NCBI GenBank assembly: GCA_050916035.1
Contig: CP050876.1
Location: 410,372-474,371, forward strand
DNA: 64,000 nt
Direction: 5' to 3'
Origin: Vampirovibrio sp.
Lineage (GTDB): Bacteria > Cyanobacteriota > Vampirovibrionia > Vampirovibrionales > JAJTHC01
Shown: positions 30,127 to 40,692 of the stretch, one piece after another
Position numbering within the stretch: the stretch's first letter is position 1
How the letters are laid out: the number at the start of each line of letters is the position of its first letter
Position numbers and translations under genes: made by a program
The notes under the pieces: model-generated
The model's input: only the letters and a program-made list of their open reading frames with translations
Databases searched by the model: none
What the model was told of the DNA's origin: nothing

Positions 30127-30651
30127 TTAAGCAGAAGCGCCAGCGGAAAGCGTTTGTTCTAAAGCGTTTAAGGCCGCATCATAATTAGGCTCATTGGTCA
30201 CTTCAGCAACGATTTCACTGTAGGCAATTTTACCTTGTGCGTCAATAATAATCACTGCACGCGTTAATAAACGTAAATCAGACAATAACAATCCGTAAGC
30301 TTGAGCAAACTGAGTGTTACGGTGGTCACTCAATGTGGTGGTTTCCATATTTTCTGCACCACAAAAACGAGCTTGTGCAAAAGGTAAATCGACGGAAACC
30401 GTTACAAATTCAACATTCTTTTTACCATTTAATTTTTGGTAAAATTGACGACTTTGAATTTGGCAAACAGGCGTATCCAAAGAAGGGACAACGTTTAAGA
30501 AAACGGTTTTGCCTTTGTAGTTGGCCAAGGTAACGGTTTCAAGCTTGTTATTCAACAATTCAAAGTTTGGCGCCTGTTGCCCTACTTGAATTTCTTTACC
30601 CTGTAACTGCATCACATTACCTTTGAAGGTCACTTGAGTGGTCATAGACAT
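30127..30651 (-). CDS. tpx: thiol peroxidase (Tpx, atypical 2-Cys peroxiredoxin)
   Basis: 'KTVFLNVVPSLDTPVCQIQSRQF' contains the peroxidatic Cys in the Tpx context. Length is 174 aa. Confidence 0.85.
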   Translation of the reverse strand: MSMTTQVTFKGNVMQLQGKEIQVGQQAPNFELLNNKLETVTLANYKGKTVFLNVVPSLDTPVCQIQSRQFYQKLNGKKNVEFVTVSVDLPFAQARFCGAENMETTTLSDHRNTQFAQAYGLLLSDLRLLTRAVIIIDAQGKIAYSEIVAEVTNEPNYDAALNALEQTLSAGASA

Positions 30652-30762
30652 TTCCTTTTAGATTCATTAAAAACTGTTTAAAACATAAGATGCTTCAAAC
30701 TTCTTTTACTCTAACAGACTTTAATGGAGAGGGGAACCTTAGTTAAGCTTCTCTTAAAGATT

Positions 30763-32607
30763 CTATGACAAAACTCGTCTACATAATTGACAGGACTGTT
30801 CTAACCATGCCAACGCGAGGGCATCTTTTTCAAGTAGCCGTGGGGTCAAGCGCTTAAGAATGGCTTGATGATAGTCCAGCAACCATTGTTTTTCCTGAGG
30901 ACTTAACCATTGCGGATCGATTAAATGCGACGCAAAAGGAATCCAATTCAACAGTTCAAAGGCATACCACGTGGGTTGTGGCGTACCCGCTTGAAGAGAA
31001 AGCGAGGGGGCTTCAATCACCAAAGCCAAATTTTCCAAGCGAATGCCCCCCCAGTCCGGGACATAATAGCCTGGTTCAATACTGTTAATACTGTGAAGCG
31101 GCAGAGGCTCCGTATACGCTTTTGAAATCCCGTTGGGGCCTTCATGCACATTTAAAAAGCAACCCACCCCATGGCCTGTCCCATGGCCGTAGTCATAACC
31201 TGCCTGCCAGAGCGGGTGACGACAAATCCCGTCAATCTGTGCGCCACTACTCCCTTTCGGAAATACTGAAGAGGCGCCCGCAATATGAGACTTTAAAACG
31301 TGCGTATAGGCCTTTTGATGTTCAGCACTAGGCACCACGCCTGCAAACGTGGTACAGCGGGTAATGTCCGTGGTTCCAAAGGGATACTGCGCCCCCGAAT
31401 CCAGTAAAATCCAATCCCCCGCTTGAGCAAAAACCGTTTCCGAAGGGGTACCGTAGTGAATAATCGCCGTATTGGACGCAATACCTGCAATGGTATTAAA
31501 GCTTAAATCTACACTGCCTTCCGCACGGTAAAAGGCCTCTATACACTGAGCGATATCACGTTCAGAAACGGAAAGACCCGCGTGGGCTTGAGCATCGAGC
31601 CACGCCAACGTACGAACCACCGCCACGGAAGAGCGAAGATTGGCTTCTCGCATACCCTGTCTTTCTTCAGGAGTCTTGATGGCTTTTGCAGCTTGAATTA
31701 AATTCAGTCCTACTTTAAAGCTTATGCTAGGGTCAGTCAAGTGATTTAAAATGGCTTGAGAATGCGCAGAAGGGGTCCAATAAAGGGTGTGACCCTTTGC
31801 CAAAGGTGGGAGTATGTCCCAAAAGCCTTCATACGGGTGAAGCGCTATCCCTTGGAGCGTCAATTGTTTTAATGCGTTTTGCGTCAGATCATCGGTCGCC
31901 GTAGGAGTCGCGAATAAGCACGCCTGTGTCATATCCACCCACATAAAGGCTTTAAAGACAGGGTTATACGGAATATCTTGGCCTCTGGTATTCGTGAGCC
32001 ATGCGATATCATCCAGCTTACTAATCAGTAAGCCTGTCGTATTAGCCTCTCGCAAAGAGTGACGTAAGGACGACAGCTTTTCAAGACTAGAGCGTCCATG
32101 GACCTCTGCCTCCACCGCACGCCATGCTTTAGAAAGCGACACGGCAGGCAAGCTCGCTTGAAAAGCAGGCAACGCACCAATGGGATGCGCTTCTACCGTA
32201 ATCCACTGAAACGATTTATAGTAGATCCCTTGCTGAAGACGCTCCAAATAAGCCACCGAAATGCCTTTGGGATCATACGCAATACAAGCCTCTGTCGGTA
32301 GAGCGGCCAAGTGGTCTTTTAGCGTAGGTTGACCTTCTTGTCCCAGCTTAGACACACGCACATGGCTCCGTGGCACTTCTTGCTCCGCCTGAACGTGATA
32401 ACGCCCATCGGCATAGAGCCAGACATGATCCTGAAGGATTAAGACATCCCCCGCAGAACCGGTAAAACCAATCAAAAAGTCACGATACTTTGCTTCTTCC
32501 AACAAGTATTCATTGAGATGAACATCCTGATGCAACAATAAGAAAGCATCCCACCCCTTTCGTTTCAATAGAGCTTGTACGGTTTCAATACGTTCAACAT
32601 AAGACAT
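30763..32607 (-). CDS. Xaa-Pro aminopeptidase (M24 family, creatinase/prolidase N-terminal domain)
   Basis: An N-terminal creatinase-like domain is followed by an M24 metal-binding region ('YDYGHGTGHGVGCFLNVHEGP'). Length is 614 aa. Confidence 0.8.
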   Translation of the reverse strand: MSYVERIETVQALLKRKGWDAFLLLHQDVHLNEYLLEEAKYRDFLIGFTGSAGDVLILQDHVWLYADGRYHVQAEQEVPRSHVRVSKLGQEGQPTLKDHLAALPTEACIAYDPKGISVAYLERLQQGIYYKSFQWITVEAHPIGALPAFQASLPAVSLSKAWRAVEAEVHGRSSLEKLSSLRHSLREANTTGLLISKLDDIAWLTNTRGQDIPYNPVFKAFMWVDMTQACLFATPTATDDLTQNALKQLTLQGIALHPYEGFWDILPPLAKGHTLYWTPSAHSQAILNHLTDPSISFKVGLNLIQAAKAIKTPEERQGMREANLRSSVAVVRTLAWLDAQAHAGLSVSERDIAQCIEAFYRAEGSVDLSFNTIAGIASNTAIIHYGTPSETVFAQAGDWILLDSGAQYPFGTTDITRCTTFAGVVPSAEHQKAYTHVLKSHIAGASSVFPKGSSGAQIDGICRHPLWQAGYDYGHGTGHGVGCFLNVHEGPNGISKAYTEPLPLHSINSIEPGYYVPDWGGIRLENLALVIEAPSLSLQAGTPQPTWYAFELLNWIPFASHLIDPQWLSPQEKQWLLDYHQAILKRLTPRLLEKDALALAWLEQSCQLCRRVLS

Positions 32608-32631
32608 GGGCCTAAAAATCCTTGAATATGC

Positions 32632-35127
32632 TTAGCGTAAGGTGAGCGCTAAATCGTTCACCAAATGCGTTCGAATTTGAGTCATTTGCGTGTCCACTTC
32701 TTGATCCGTCAAGGTACGGTCAGGCGCCTGCCACACGAAGCGATACGCCAAACTTCGGTAGCCTACTTCAATCCCTTTTCCTTCGTATTGATCAAAAACA
32801 TCCACACGTTGAAGACTAGGACACTCTAAATTTTCAATACTGTCCACAATACGTTGATGCGTCAACGTTTTAGGGACCAAAACTGCCAAATCACGCTCCA
32901 TTTCAGGGTAAGGAGATAAACGAATAAGGTCAGGCACCCCTTCCTGTTGTTGGGCAGAAGCCTGCTGTTCTACCGTTTTAATGAATAAATCGGCGTCCAA
33001 TTCAAACATAAAAATAGGGGCTTTTAATTTCAAACGTTTTTGAATTTTAGGGTGTAACTGTCCCAAAATGGCCAAGGGTTTTTTCACCCCTTGAAGGGAC
33101 ACAACCGTACAGCGACCCGTATGAAAAAAGTCATTTTTCGTTTCGCTTGTAAAATAGGCCCGCTGCTCCAGACTAAAGCGTTTTAAGAGCGCTTCTAAAA
33201 TCCCTTTTAGCGTATAAAAATCAAGCGAAGGTGAGGGAATCCATTGCGCCGAAGGTTCTTGTTCACAAAGGAGCACCGCCAAACTGAGCGATTCTTGCAC
33301 GCCTGTGTTTTTAAAACTGGCTTTGCCACGCTTAAAATAGCGACGACCAATTTCAAAAGTATTAAAGGTAGGGCTCCCTTGTTGAACGTTCGTCAGACAC
33401 GATTCTAAAAGGGTGGGCAGTAAACTTTGACGCATCAAGGTATGTTCTGAAGAATGAGAATTTAAAAGCTTCACCAGAGACGCTTCTTCAAAATCCACCC
33501 CAAGGCGTTCCATCAGCGTCGTTCCTAGCAAACTCGTGGTCAACGATTCATTCAATCCCAAACCCGTTAAGGTGTGACGCAAATCGGCCAAAATACGCCG
33601 ACGCACACTCTGCTGCACGGGTTTTTGACTTACAGGAAAGGTCTCCCTAATCCCGTCATAACCCGCGATACGAACCACTTCTTCAATTAAATCAATAGGT
33701 TTTTGAACATCCCGCTGTCTAAAACTAGGCACCTGCACCTGAAGAGCATCCTCCTGAGCCTCATCCACCGCAAAACCCAAACGCGTTAGTCCGTTGACCA
33801 CCACATCCCTTGAATAGTTTTGCCCAATGACTTTTGTCACCTGTGACAAAGGCAAGGTAATCAAAACAGGCGTTTGGACCATCGCTCCCGCTTGAACGTG
33901 GCCTTCAATTTGGGCCCCTGCCAGTTCTTGAAGCAAATACAGGGCACGCCACAAGGCCCGCTCTACCCCACCGGCATCCACCCCGCGTTCAAAACGAGCG
34001 GAACTTTCACTACGAATCCCCGTGGCTCTAGCAGAACGACGCGTACTGGCACTGGGGAAGTAGGCCGCTTCTAAAAAAACGCTGTGAGTGGCGTCATCAA
34101 TCCCTGTAGAGGCACCGCCCATCAGACCTGCCAAAGCCACAGCTTGGTCTTGACACGTCACCACGACTTGCGTTTCATCTAAGTCGTAGGTGGCTTCATC
34201 CAAAGCGAGTAAGCGCTCCCCAGATTTAGCACGACGCACATTAATTTCACCCGACAAACCAAGCTTAAGCGCATCAAAGGCATGAAGCGGTTGCCCCATT
34301 TCAAGCATGACCAAGTTGGTCACATCCACCACATTATTGATACTCCGAATCCCAGAGGCTTCTAAACGACGCTGAATCCAATCAGGAGAAGGCTGAACCT
34401 TCACTTGAGTCAGGAGCACACCGTTATACTGTTCACACACACTTGAATCACTCAAGACCACACGGAAAGCATCCGCAGAAAGTGTCGGCAGAGATGAATT
34501 AGATAAGCTCTGTATAGGTTTTAAAGGCCGTTCAAATAAAGCTGATATTTCTCGAGCCACCCCTAAATAGCTCATCCAATCGCCACGATTTGCCGTAGGG
34601 GCCGTTTCTAAAATCGCCTCGGCTTCCAACGCCAACGCCTCTTCAAGCCGTTGACCCACTTGGGCAGGCGTCACCACATCATTCAAGACCCAAATACCGT
34701 CAGCAGAAGGATAACGACCACTTAAGGCCAATTCTTCTAAAGAGCAAATCATCCCTTCACTCGCTACCCCGCGAATCACGGCGGGACTTAAGGTAAACCA
34801 CTGGTTTTGTTTTGTACTAAAAACGTGGGCCCCATTAAGCGCAAAGGCAATGAGTTGGCCTGCCGCCACATTAGGCGCCCCACACACGACTTGCGTTTGA
34901 CCAAGCGCGGCGCCACAATCGACCGTGACCAAACGCAATTTATCGGCATTGGGGTGAGGATCCAGACGCAAGACTTGGGCGACAATGACTTGCTTAAACT
35001 GCGCCCCTCGATATTCAATGCCCCCTTCCACTTCTAAGCCCGCATTCGTTAATGCATCAGACAACCGTTGTGGACTTAGATCACACACGTCAACATAATC
35101 ATTCAGCCACGTTGTGGAAAGTTTCAT
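32632..35127 (-). CDS. pheT: phenylalanine--tRNA ligase beta subunit
   Basis: An N-terminal tRNA-binding domain ('DPHPNADKLRLVTVDCGA') is followed by B3/4, B5 and FDX-ACB domains. Length is 831 aa. pheS is not adjacent. Confidence 0.9.
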   Translation of the reverse strand: MKLSTTWLNDYVDVCDLSPQRLSDALTNAGLEVEGGIEYRGAQFKQVIVAQVLRLDPHPNADKLRLVTVDCGAALGQTQVVCGAPNVAAGQLIAFALNGAHVFSTKQNQWFTLSPAVIRGVASEGMICSLEELALSGRYPSADGIWVLNDVVTPAQVGQRLEEALALEAEAILETAPTANRGDWMSYLGVAREISALFERPLKPIQSLSNSSLPTLSADAFRVVLSDSSVCEQYNGVLLTQVKVQPSPDWIQRRLEASGIRSINNVVDVTNLVMLEMGQPLHAFDALKLGLSGEINVRRAKSGERLLALDEATYDLDETQVVVTCQDQAVALAGLMGGASTGIDDATHSVFLEAAYFPSASTRRSARATGIRSESSARFERGVDAGGVERALWRALYLLQELAGAQIEGHVQAGAMVQTPVLITLPLSQVTKVIGQNYSRDVVVNGLTRLGFAVDEAQEDALQVQVPSFRQRDVQKPIDLIEEVVRIAGYDGIRETFPVSQKPVQQSVRRRILADLRHTLTGLGLNESLTTSLLGTTLMERLGVDFEEASLVKLLNSHSSEHTLMRQSLLPTLLESCLTNVQQGSPTFNTFEIGRRYFKRGKASFKNTGVQESLSLAVLLCEQEPSAQWIPSPSLDFYTLKGILEALLKRFSLEQRAYFTSETKNDFFHTGRCTVVSLQGVKKPLAILGQLHPKIQKRLKLKAPIFMFELDADLFIKTVEQQASAQQQEGVPDLIRLSPYPEMERDLAVLVPKTLTHQRIVDSIENLECPSLQRVDVFDQYEGKGIEVGYRSLAYRFVWQAPDRTLTDQEVDTQMTQIRTHLVNDLALTLR

Positions 35128-35249
35128 AGACGCCTCCTTGTATATAAAGAATCGAGAGAAGGGGGTTTTCCAGTTTAAAAGACAACACCACTTACACGAC
35201 CCATACGATATGCTTCTATTTAAACATATCCAGCCAAAAAAGGGAGGAC

Positions 35250-35966
35250 TTAAGGCGTCGCAGGTTTACCTTCGGGCCATAAACGATAGCCACCGCCATA
35301 AATGGTTTCAATATATTTAAAGGCAGGCGCGGTTTTTTCAAGTTTTACACGCAAATGGCGAATATGTACCCGTAAGGTTTCTACATCGTCATCCGGATTA
35401 TAGCCCCAAACATCCTGCAATAATTTACCCAAGGCAATCGTTTGCCCATGATTTTGCACCAAGGCATTTAAAATCTCATATTCCGTGGGCGTTAATTTTA
35501 CAATGGTGTCTTGCACTTTCACTTCGAGGCTATCGGCAATCAAGGTAAAATGCCCTACGGACAAAATTTCATTCGTCGCCGTAGACGGTAAGCTCGCCTT
35601 GGTACGACGCAATAAAGCCCTTACCCGCACCAAGAGTTCAGGAATTTCAAAAGGCTTGACCAGGTAATCATCCGCCCCCGAATCAAACCCCTTGATTTTA
35701 TCGTCCATATCCCCTAATGCGGTAAGCATTAACACAGGGGTTTCGGCCAAATCAGGGTGCTTACGAAGTCGTTGACAAACCGTGTAACCGTCCACATTAG
35801 GCATCATTAAATCCAAGACAATTAAATGGGGCAATTCCTGCTGAGCAATCGCAAAGCCTTGTAAGCCATCAGGGGCAGTGAGCACATCGTGCGTTTGCAT
35901 TTCTAGATTAATTTTCACCAATTCCACAATGGCAGGATTATCATCCACTACTAAAATCTTGGCCAT
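35250..35966 (-). CDS. OmpR-family two-component response regulator (RpaB-like), orphan
   Basis: Receiver domain with D11/D12/D54-equivalents ('KILVVDDNPAIV...LIVLDLMMPNVDGYTVCQRL'). A winged-helix C-terminus is present ('GYRLW'). There is no adjacent histidine kinase. Confidence 0.85.
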   Translation of the reverse strand: MAKILVVDDNPAIVELVKINLEMQTHDVLTAPDGLQGFAIAQQELPHLIVLDLMMPNVDGYTVCQRLRKHPDLAETPVLMLTALGDMDDKIKGFDSGADDYLVKPFEIPELLVRVRALLRRTKASLPSTATNEILSVGHFTLIADSLEVKVQDTIVKLTPTEYEILNALVQNHGQTIALGKLLQDVWGYNPDDDVETLRVHIRHLRVKLEKTAPAFKYIETIYGGGYRLWPEGKPATP

Positions 35967-36014
35967 GAGCGTCGGCTTCCTTTATTGATTAACACAAAAA
36001 ATCACAACGAGTGC

Positions 36015-37316
36015 TTAGTCTTTTCCTTCGACTGATTTTTCAGTTTCTGCAGGCGTTGGCGCGAGATGTCCTTCGGATGCAGGAGCTTGTACAGACGGAG
36101 AAGAAGAGGCACTTTTCGCAAAATTCACATGAAAGTCGTCATGAACCACCTCTAAGGCCTTAAGCAATTGAACATCTCGCTTGGCCAGGATATCTTCTTT
36201 TTTGACAGGCACCTTGTAGTCAGGCGTAATGCCTTTTTTATGAATGTCCGTGTCATTGGGGGTTAAATAACGCTGAGTGGTCACATTAAAGCCTGCACCA
36301 TCACTCAAAGGATTAATTTCTTGTACCAACCCTTTGCCAAAACTTTTTTCACCCACTAAAATCGCTCGTTGATGATCCTTCAAAGCGCCTGCTAAAATTT
36401 CGCTCGCACTGGCTGAACCTTCATCAATTAACACCACAAGTGGCTGAGCACTCATTTGCTTATTGGTGGCGTGGGTAATCACCTTATAACCATGACGATC
36501 CACCGTAGAGACAATCGCGCCCCCTTTCAAGAAGAAATCAGCGATGAAGACCGCATTGGTCAACAAGCCCCCTGGGTTTGAACGTAAATCTAAAATCAGG
36601 GCCTGTTTATCTTTATATTGAATCAAAATCTCTTTCAATTCGGAAGCCGCCGTCTTACTTAAGAAAGTGGATAATTTCACATAGCCCACTTCTGCAGGCA
36701 AATCTGTCGGTAAGGGAGGGACCACACTCACGGACTTCAGCGTAATTTCATCTCGGACAATGTTAAAGGTCAGGTCTTGATTGTCTCGTAACACACCCAC
36801 TTTTACATAGGTACCTTTGTCTCCACGAATGAATTTAGAGGCATCTTTAATCGACAAGCCTTTGGTGGGCTTGCCGTCAATACTGGTAATTTCATCGCCG
36901 GCCTTGAGCCCCGCTTTTTCAGCGGGCGTGCCTTCCATAGGAGCAATCACCATAATTTTATCGTCTTTTACACCGATCTGCACCCCAATGCCAAAAAGTT
37001 TGGCCTGAATACCACGGGTTTCTTCACTAAATTCTTCAGGGTCTAAAAATCGGGTGTAACGATCTCCCAAGCTAGAGACCATCGTCTCAATGGCCACATA
37101 GGCATCTTCTGGTGTTTTCAGGCTGGTATCATAGCGGTGACGCCATATACGCCAATCTTGATGATTTTTATATTCGTCCACATAACGATTATCCACAATT
37201 TTCCAAACTTCGTCGTATAATCCCTGAGGACTAACCGCCAAGGCAGATGACATGACCACGCAGGGCAAGATCATTACAGACACCATGAAAAAAAGCACAC
37301 GTTGGATAGTTTGCAT
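36015..37316 (-). CDS. ctpA: carboxyl-terminal processing protease (S41 family)
   Basis: Contains a PDZ domain and the S41 catalytic region ('GLLTNAVFIADFF...SASASEILAGALKDHQRAILVGEKSFGKG'). An N-terminal signal peptide is present. Confidence 0.85.
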   Translation of the reverse strand: MQTIQRVLFFMVSVMILPCVVMSSALAVSPQGLYDEVWKIVDNRYVDEYKNHQDWRIWRHRYDTSLKTPEDAYVAIETMVSSLGDRYTRFLDPEEFSEETRGIQAKLFGIGVQIGVKDDKIMVIAPMEGTPAEKAGLKAGDEITSIDGKPTKGLSIKDASKFIRGDKGTYVKVGVLRDNQDLTFNIVRDEITLKSVSVVPPLPTDLPAEVGYVKLSTFLSKTAASELKEILIQYKDKQALILDLRSNPGGLLTNAVFIADFFLKGGAIVSTVDRHGYKVITHATNKQMSAQPLVVLIDEGSASASEILAGALKDHQRAILVGEKSFGKGLVQEINPLSDGAGFNVTTQRYLTPNDTDIHKKGITPDYKVPVKKEDILAKRDVQLLKALEVVHDDFHVNFAKSASSSPSVQAPASEGHLAPTPAETEKSVEGKD

Positions 37317-37552
37317 ATCGTAAATTCTCTTCTCTCATTTCATCACACCATTTAAAAGATATCTATAGTATAACAAAGGATGCTCGTTTTTGCCTACTCT
37401 TTTATTTAGGCTTCCTCTATTTAAGCCAAATCCTAGTAAAGACAAAGCGTTTACGACTCAAAAAGAGATCTCTTTTCCCCTATAAATCTCTCTCAAAAAA
37501 TAAAAAGCCCCTAAATCGTTAAGGGCTTTTTAGATTAAAAAACGAAGGCCTA

Positions 37553-38557
37553 CTAAACCACGAATTCTTCCCAAGCGGAAGATAAATCCGTCGTAGGGCG
37601 CATGTCCTCGTCATGAAAGGGAATGTCCATCGGCGCATAGTCTTTCAATAAGGGGATGTTCGTGGCCAAACGGTCACTATAGGTAGGTAAATCAACCTTC
37701 CAATAGGTTCCCAGCACCACGCGATCCGTCAACTTATACGCTTCCGCAATGGCGGCGATCTTCTTTGCTTGCAAGGCCGCAAGGTCACTGGCATCTTCTA
37801 CGACACCGTTATACCCTGTTTCTTCCAAGTATTGAAGGCGAGGCAGTTCACTTTGACCTTCATTGACTTTTTCCGTGTAGTATTCCTTCGGATGCAAGTC
37901 ATTGTAAGTCGGACAAGGTTGATGTACATCCACCAAGCTTACCCCACGGTGATTAATCGCATCCATGATGGTTTGCTTCAAGTGCTTCGCATCAAAGGAA
38001 TAAGAACGTGCCACAAAGGTATAGCCTGACGCAATCGCCAAGGCAAGGGGATTAATGGCTTGCGAAATATGAGGCAACGGTAGACTCTTAGGCTGCATAC
38101 CGACTTCTAAGGTCGGAGACGCCTGCCCTTTGGTCAAACCGTAGACTTCATTGTTAAAGACAATGTAGGTAATATCTACATTACGACGACCCGCATGCAA
38201 GAAGTGACCTGCACCAATGCCGTAGCCATCTCCGTCTCCCCCCGTGGCAATTACCACGTTATTGGGATTCGCAATTTTGGCCCCTAAGGCATAAGGCAAG
38301 ACACGACCATGAAGGGTGTGAATCCCATACGCTTGCAAGTACTGTGCGGACTTTCCTGAACAACCAATCCCTGCAAAGAATTCAACCTTCCACGGTTCTA
38401 GCTGTAATTCAGAAACGGCTTGTTGAATCGCATTCACGATGCCGAAGTCTCCACAACCGGGACACCAGTCTGGATTTTTATCTGAACGCAATTGAAAGGG
38501 TTTCAATTTAACGTCGAGAGTGGGGAGGGTTTGTTCACCCTGTTGTTTAGTGGCCAT
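37553..38557 (-). CDS. korB: 2-oxoglutarate/2-oxoacid:ferredoxin oxidoreductase beta subunit (TPP-binding)
   Basis: 'CPGCGDFGIVNAIQQA...GIGCSG' and the TPP motif 'GGDGDGYGIGAGH' are present. It overlaps korA by 11 bp. Confidence 0.85.
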   Translation of the reverse strand: MATKQQGEQTLPTLDVKLKPFQLRSDKNPDWCPGCGDFGIVNAIQQAVSELQLEPWKVEFFAGIGCSGKSAQYLQAYGIHTLHGRVLPYALGAKIANPNNVVIATGGDGDGYGIGAGHFLHAGRRNVDITYIVFNNEVYGLTKGQASPTLEVGMQPKSLPLPHISQAINPLALAIASGYTFVARSYSFDAKHLKQTIMDAINHRGVSLVDVHQPCPTYNDLHPKEYYTEKVNEGQSELPRLQYLEETGYNGVVEDASDLAALQAKKIAAIAEAYKLTDRVVLGTYWKVDLPTYSDRLATNIPLLKDYAPMDIPFHDEDMRPTTDLSSAWEEFVV

Positions 38558-40391
38558 TGATCAGCACCACCTTTCTTGATTGCTTTGTCTGCACTTCTTC
38601 CACCGCTTGAATAATTTCACACTGTGAAAAAGGTCGCCCTGTATACTTCACCGCTTTATGTTCAATATCAATGCCTGTTTCTTGACGAATCAACTTCGCC
38701 AACTGATTCGTAAAATTACTTTCGATAATTAAACGTTTTTTGGCCTGATTCAAAATGCGTGTAATGGCATCTACAGGAAACGGAGACATTAAACGAATAT
38801 GAAGATAATTAACGGATTTTCCTTGTTCCGCAAAGCGCTCTAAAGCATCGAGTACCGCGCCTTTGGTGGAACCCCAGCCCACAATGGTGAGTTCCGCTTC
38901 TTCAGGCCCATAGAGCTTAAACTGTAAGTGTTCAGGGATTTCCCGTAAAGCCACTTCCAATTTTCTCGCGCGCTTTTCCATCATCTGCATACGAATCGCG
39001 GGTTCTTCGGTAATGAAACCGTATTCCGTGTGCTCATCCCCCGTTAAGAAGTGAATTCCACCAGGCGTACCAGGGATGGGGCGTGGAGAAATGCCGTCTT
39101 CCGTGATTTGGAAGCGAGGAAACTTAGGAAGCCCTGTCGAAGGGTCCGCAGGATCATAAGACTCCACGTGAGTGACACGCTTACCGCGGTCAATACGCAA
39201 ATGAGATTCCGCAAACTTATTCAAGGTTTGTGTGGAATTGGCCAAGGCTTTGTCCACCAAAACAATCACAGGGGTTTGATAGCGCTCGGCGTAGTTGAAG
39301 CAATTGAAACCATCTTCAAAGCATTCTTCCATATCACCAGGAGACATCACAATTTTAGGGAAGTCTCCGTGACCGATATTCACCGCAAAGAGTAAATCTC
39401 CTTGCTCACTACGCGTGGGAAGCCCTGTGGAAGGTCCTCCACGTTGGTAGTTGAAAATAACGGTAGGTACTTCGTTCATCCCTGCCCAGCCGATGCCTTC
39501 TGCCTTTAAGCAGAAACCAGGACCAGACGTCGCCGTGGCTACTCGTGCGCCTGTCACCGCAGCCCCATTGGCCATGTTGATCGACGCAATTTCATCTTCC
39601 GCCTGATACACAACCAAGCCGTATTCGCTGTGCTGTTCCAAATAAATACATTCATCCACCGCAGGAGTAATAGAATAGTAGGTTTGAAAACGCATTCCTG
39701 CCTTTAATTTACCAATTCCACAGGCCGCCGCACCGTTCATCAATAAACGACTGTCCGCTTCAGGCTTATTGGGCTGAGGCGCCATTTGGTACTTAAAACC
39801 CGCCAAAGCAGGATTGGTCTGAATCGCTTCATACGCCTTCACACCCGCTTTAAGGTTAATGTCCACCAACTTGGCTTTTTTACCACGAAACAAGCCTTTT
39901 AAGGCTTCTTCCAAAACATCCACACCCACACCGTATAAGGCCAAGGCGGCCGCAACGGAAATGGTATTTTTCACAATGGCCAACTTGGCCGCGGGCTTGC
40001 CTTCTTCTTCGGCGAGTTCACGAATAATGCCTTCGTAATCCAAAGGAAATAATTGAACGCTCGCGTCCATTTCCAAGGTTTCAGGCTTGGTTAAACCAGG
40101 ATCATAAATCAACGCCCCTTCAGGTAAAATTTCGTGGGCATGAATGACTGCGGTGGTGTCTTCAAAGGTGGCCAAAACGTGGATGGGGTCCAAGTGAGAG
40201 CGCACCACATCGTGACTGGCACGAATTTGAAAGTAACTGTGCTTCCCTTTAATATTGGAATGATATTCACGTTTACCATATACCCAAAATCCGGCGACCG
40301 CCATGGCACGGGCAAACAATGTGGCAGACGAATCTACCCCACTGCCCTGCGGGCCACCGATCATCCAGCTGGTTTCTGTTATTCGGCTCAT
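38547..40391 (-). CDS. korA: 2-oxoglutarate/2-oxoacid:ferredoxin oxidoreductase alpha subunit (fused gamma+alpha type)
   Basis: The N-terminal gamma-like domain ('IGGPQGSGVDSSATLFARAMAVAGFWVY') is fused to the alpha domain. Length is 614 aa, which matches the two-subunit KorAB architecture. Confidence 0.85.
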   Translation of the reverse strand: MSRITETSWMIGGPQGSGVDSSATLFARAMAVAGFWVYGKREYHSNIKGKHSYFQIRASHDVVRSHLDPIHVLATFEDTTAVIHAHEILPEGALIYDPGLTKPETLEMDASVQLFPLDYEGIIRELAEEEGKPAAKLAIVKNTISVAAALALYGVGVDVLEEALKGLFRGKKAKLVDINLKAGVKAYEAIQTNPALAGFKYQMAPQPNKPEADSRLLMNGAAACGIGKLKAGMRFQTYYSITPAVDECIYLEQHSEYGLVVYQAEDEIASINMANGAAVTGARVATATSGPGFCLKAEGIGWAGMNEVPTVIFNYQRGGPSTGLPTRSEQGDLLFAVNIGHGDFPKIVMSPGDMEECFEDGFNCFNYAERYQTPVIVLVDKALANSTQTLNKFAESHLRIDRGKRVTHVESYDPADPSTGLPKFPRFQITEDGISPRPIPGTPGGIHFLTGDEHTEYGFITEEPAIRMQMMEKRARKLEVALREIPEHLQFKLYGPEEAELTIVGWGSTKGAVLDALERFAEQGKSVNYLHIRLMSPFPVDAITRILNQAKKRLIIESNFTNQLAKLIRQETGIDIEHKAVKYTGRPFSQCEIIQAVEEVQTKQSRKVVLINGH

Positions 40392-40609
40392 AAAACAAGC
40401 ATCCTTGGGCTAAAGCCAATAGGTCTTATTTCGACTGTAAAAATAAGACTTCATTGTAACGGTGAGCAAGGAACTTTCTTCCACCCCAAAGGAGGCAGAT
40501 GATGATATACACCCTCGCTTGAACACCCCCCAGTGTAACACAGCCCATTTAGAGAGGAAACCTTTTTCTTCTTTTCTCCCCCCACCAGCCGACTAGGCAG
40601 AAAAAGCAC

Positions 40610-40643
40610 CGACTATTTCATCCGCTTGAAAATAAAATAGTCG
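40610..40643 (-). terminator. intrinsic terminator downstream of hypothetical gene 40693..41253
   Basis: Perfect 9-bp inverted repeat CGACTATTT-N16-AAATAGTCG, followed on the minus strand by GTGCTTTTT. Confidence 0.5.
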
Positions 40644-40692
40644 CTGTCAATCCTGCTTTTTAGGCGGTCACACCAAGATTAATAAGGCTTTA

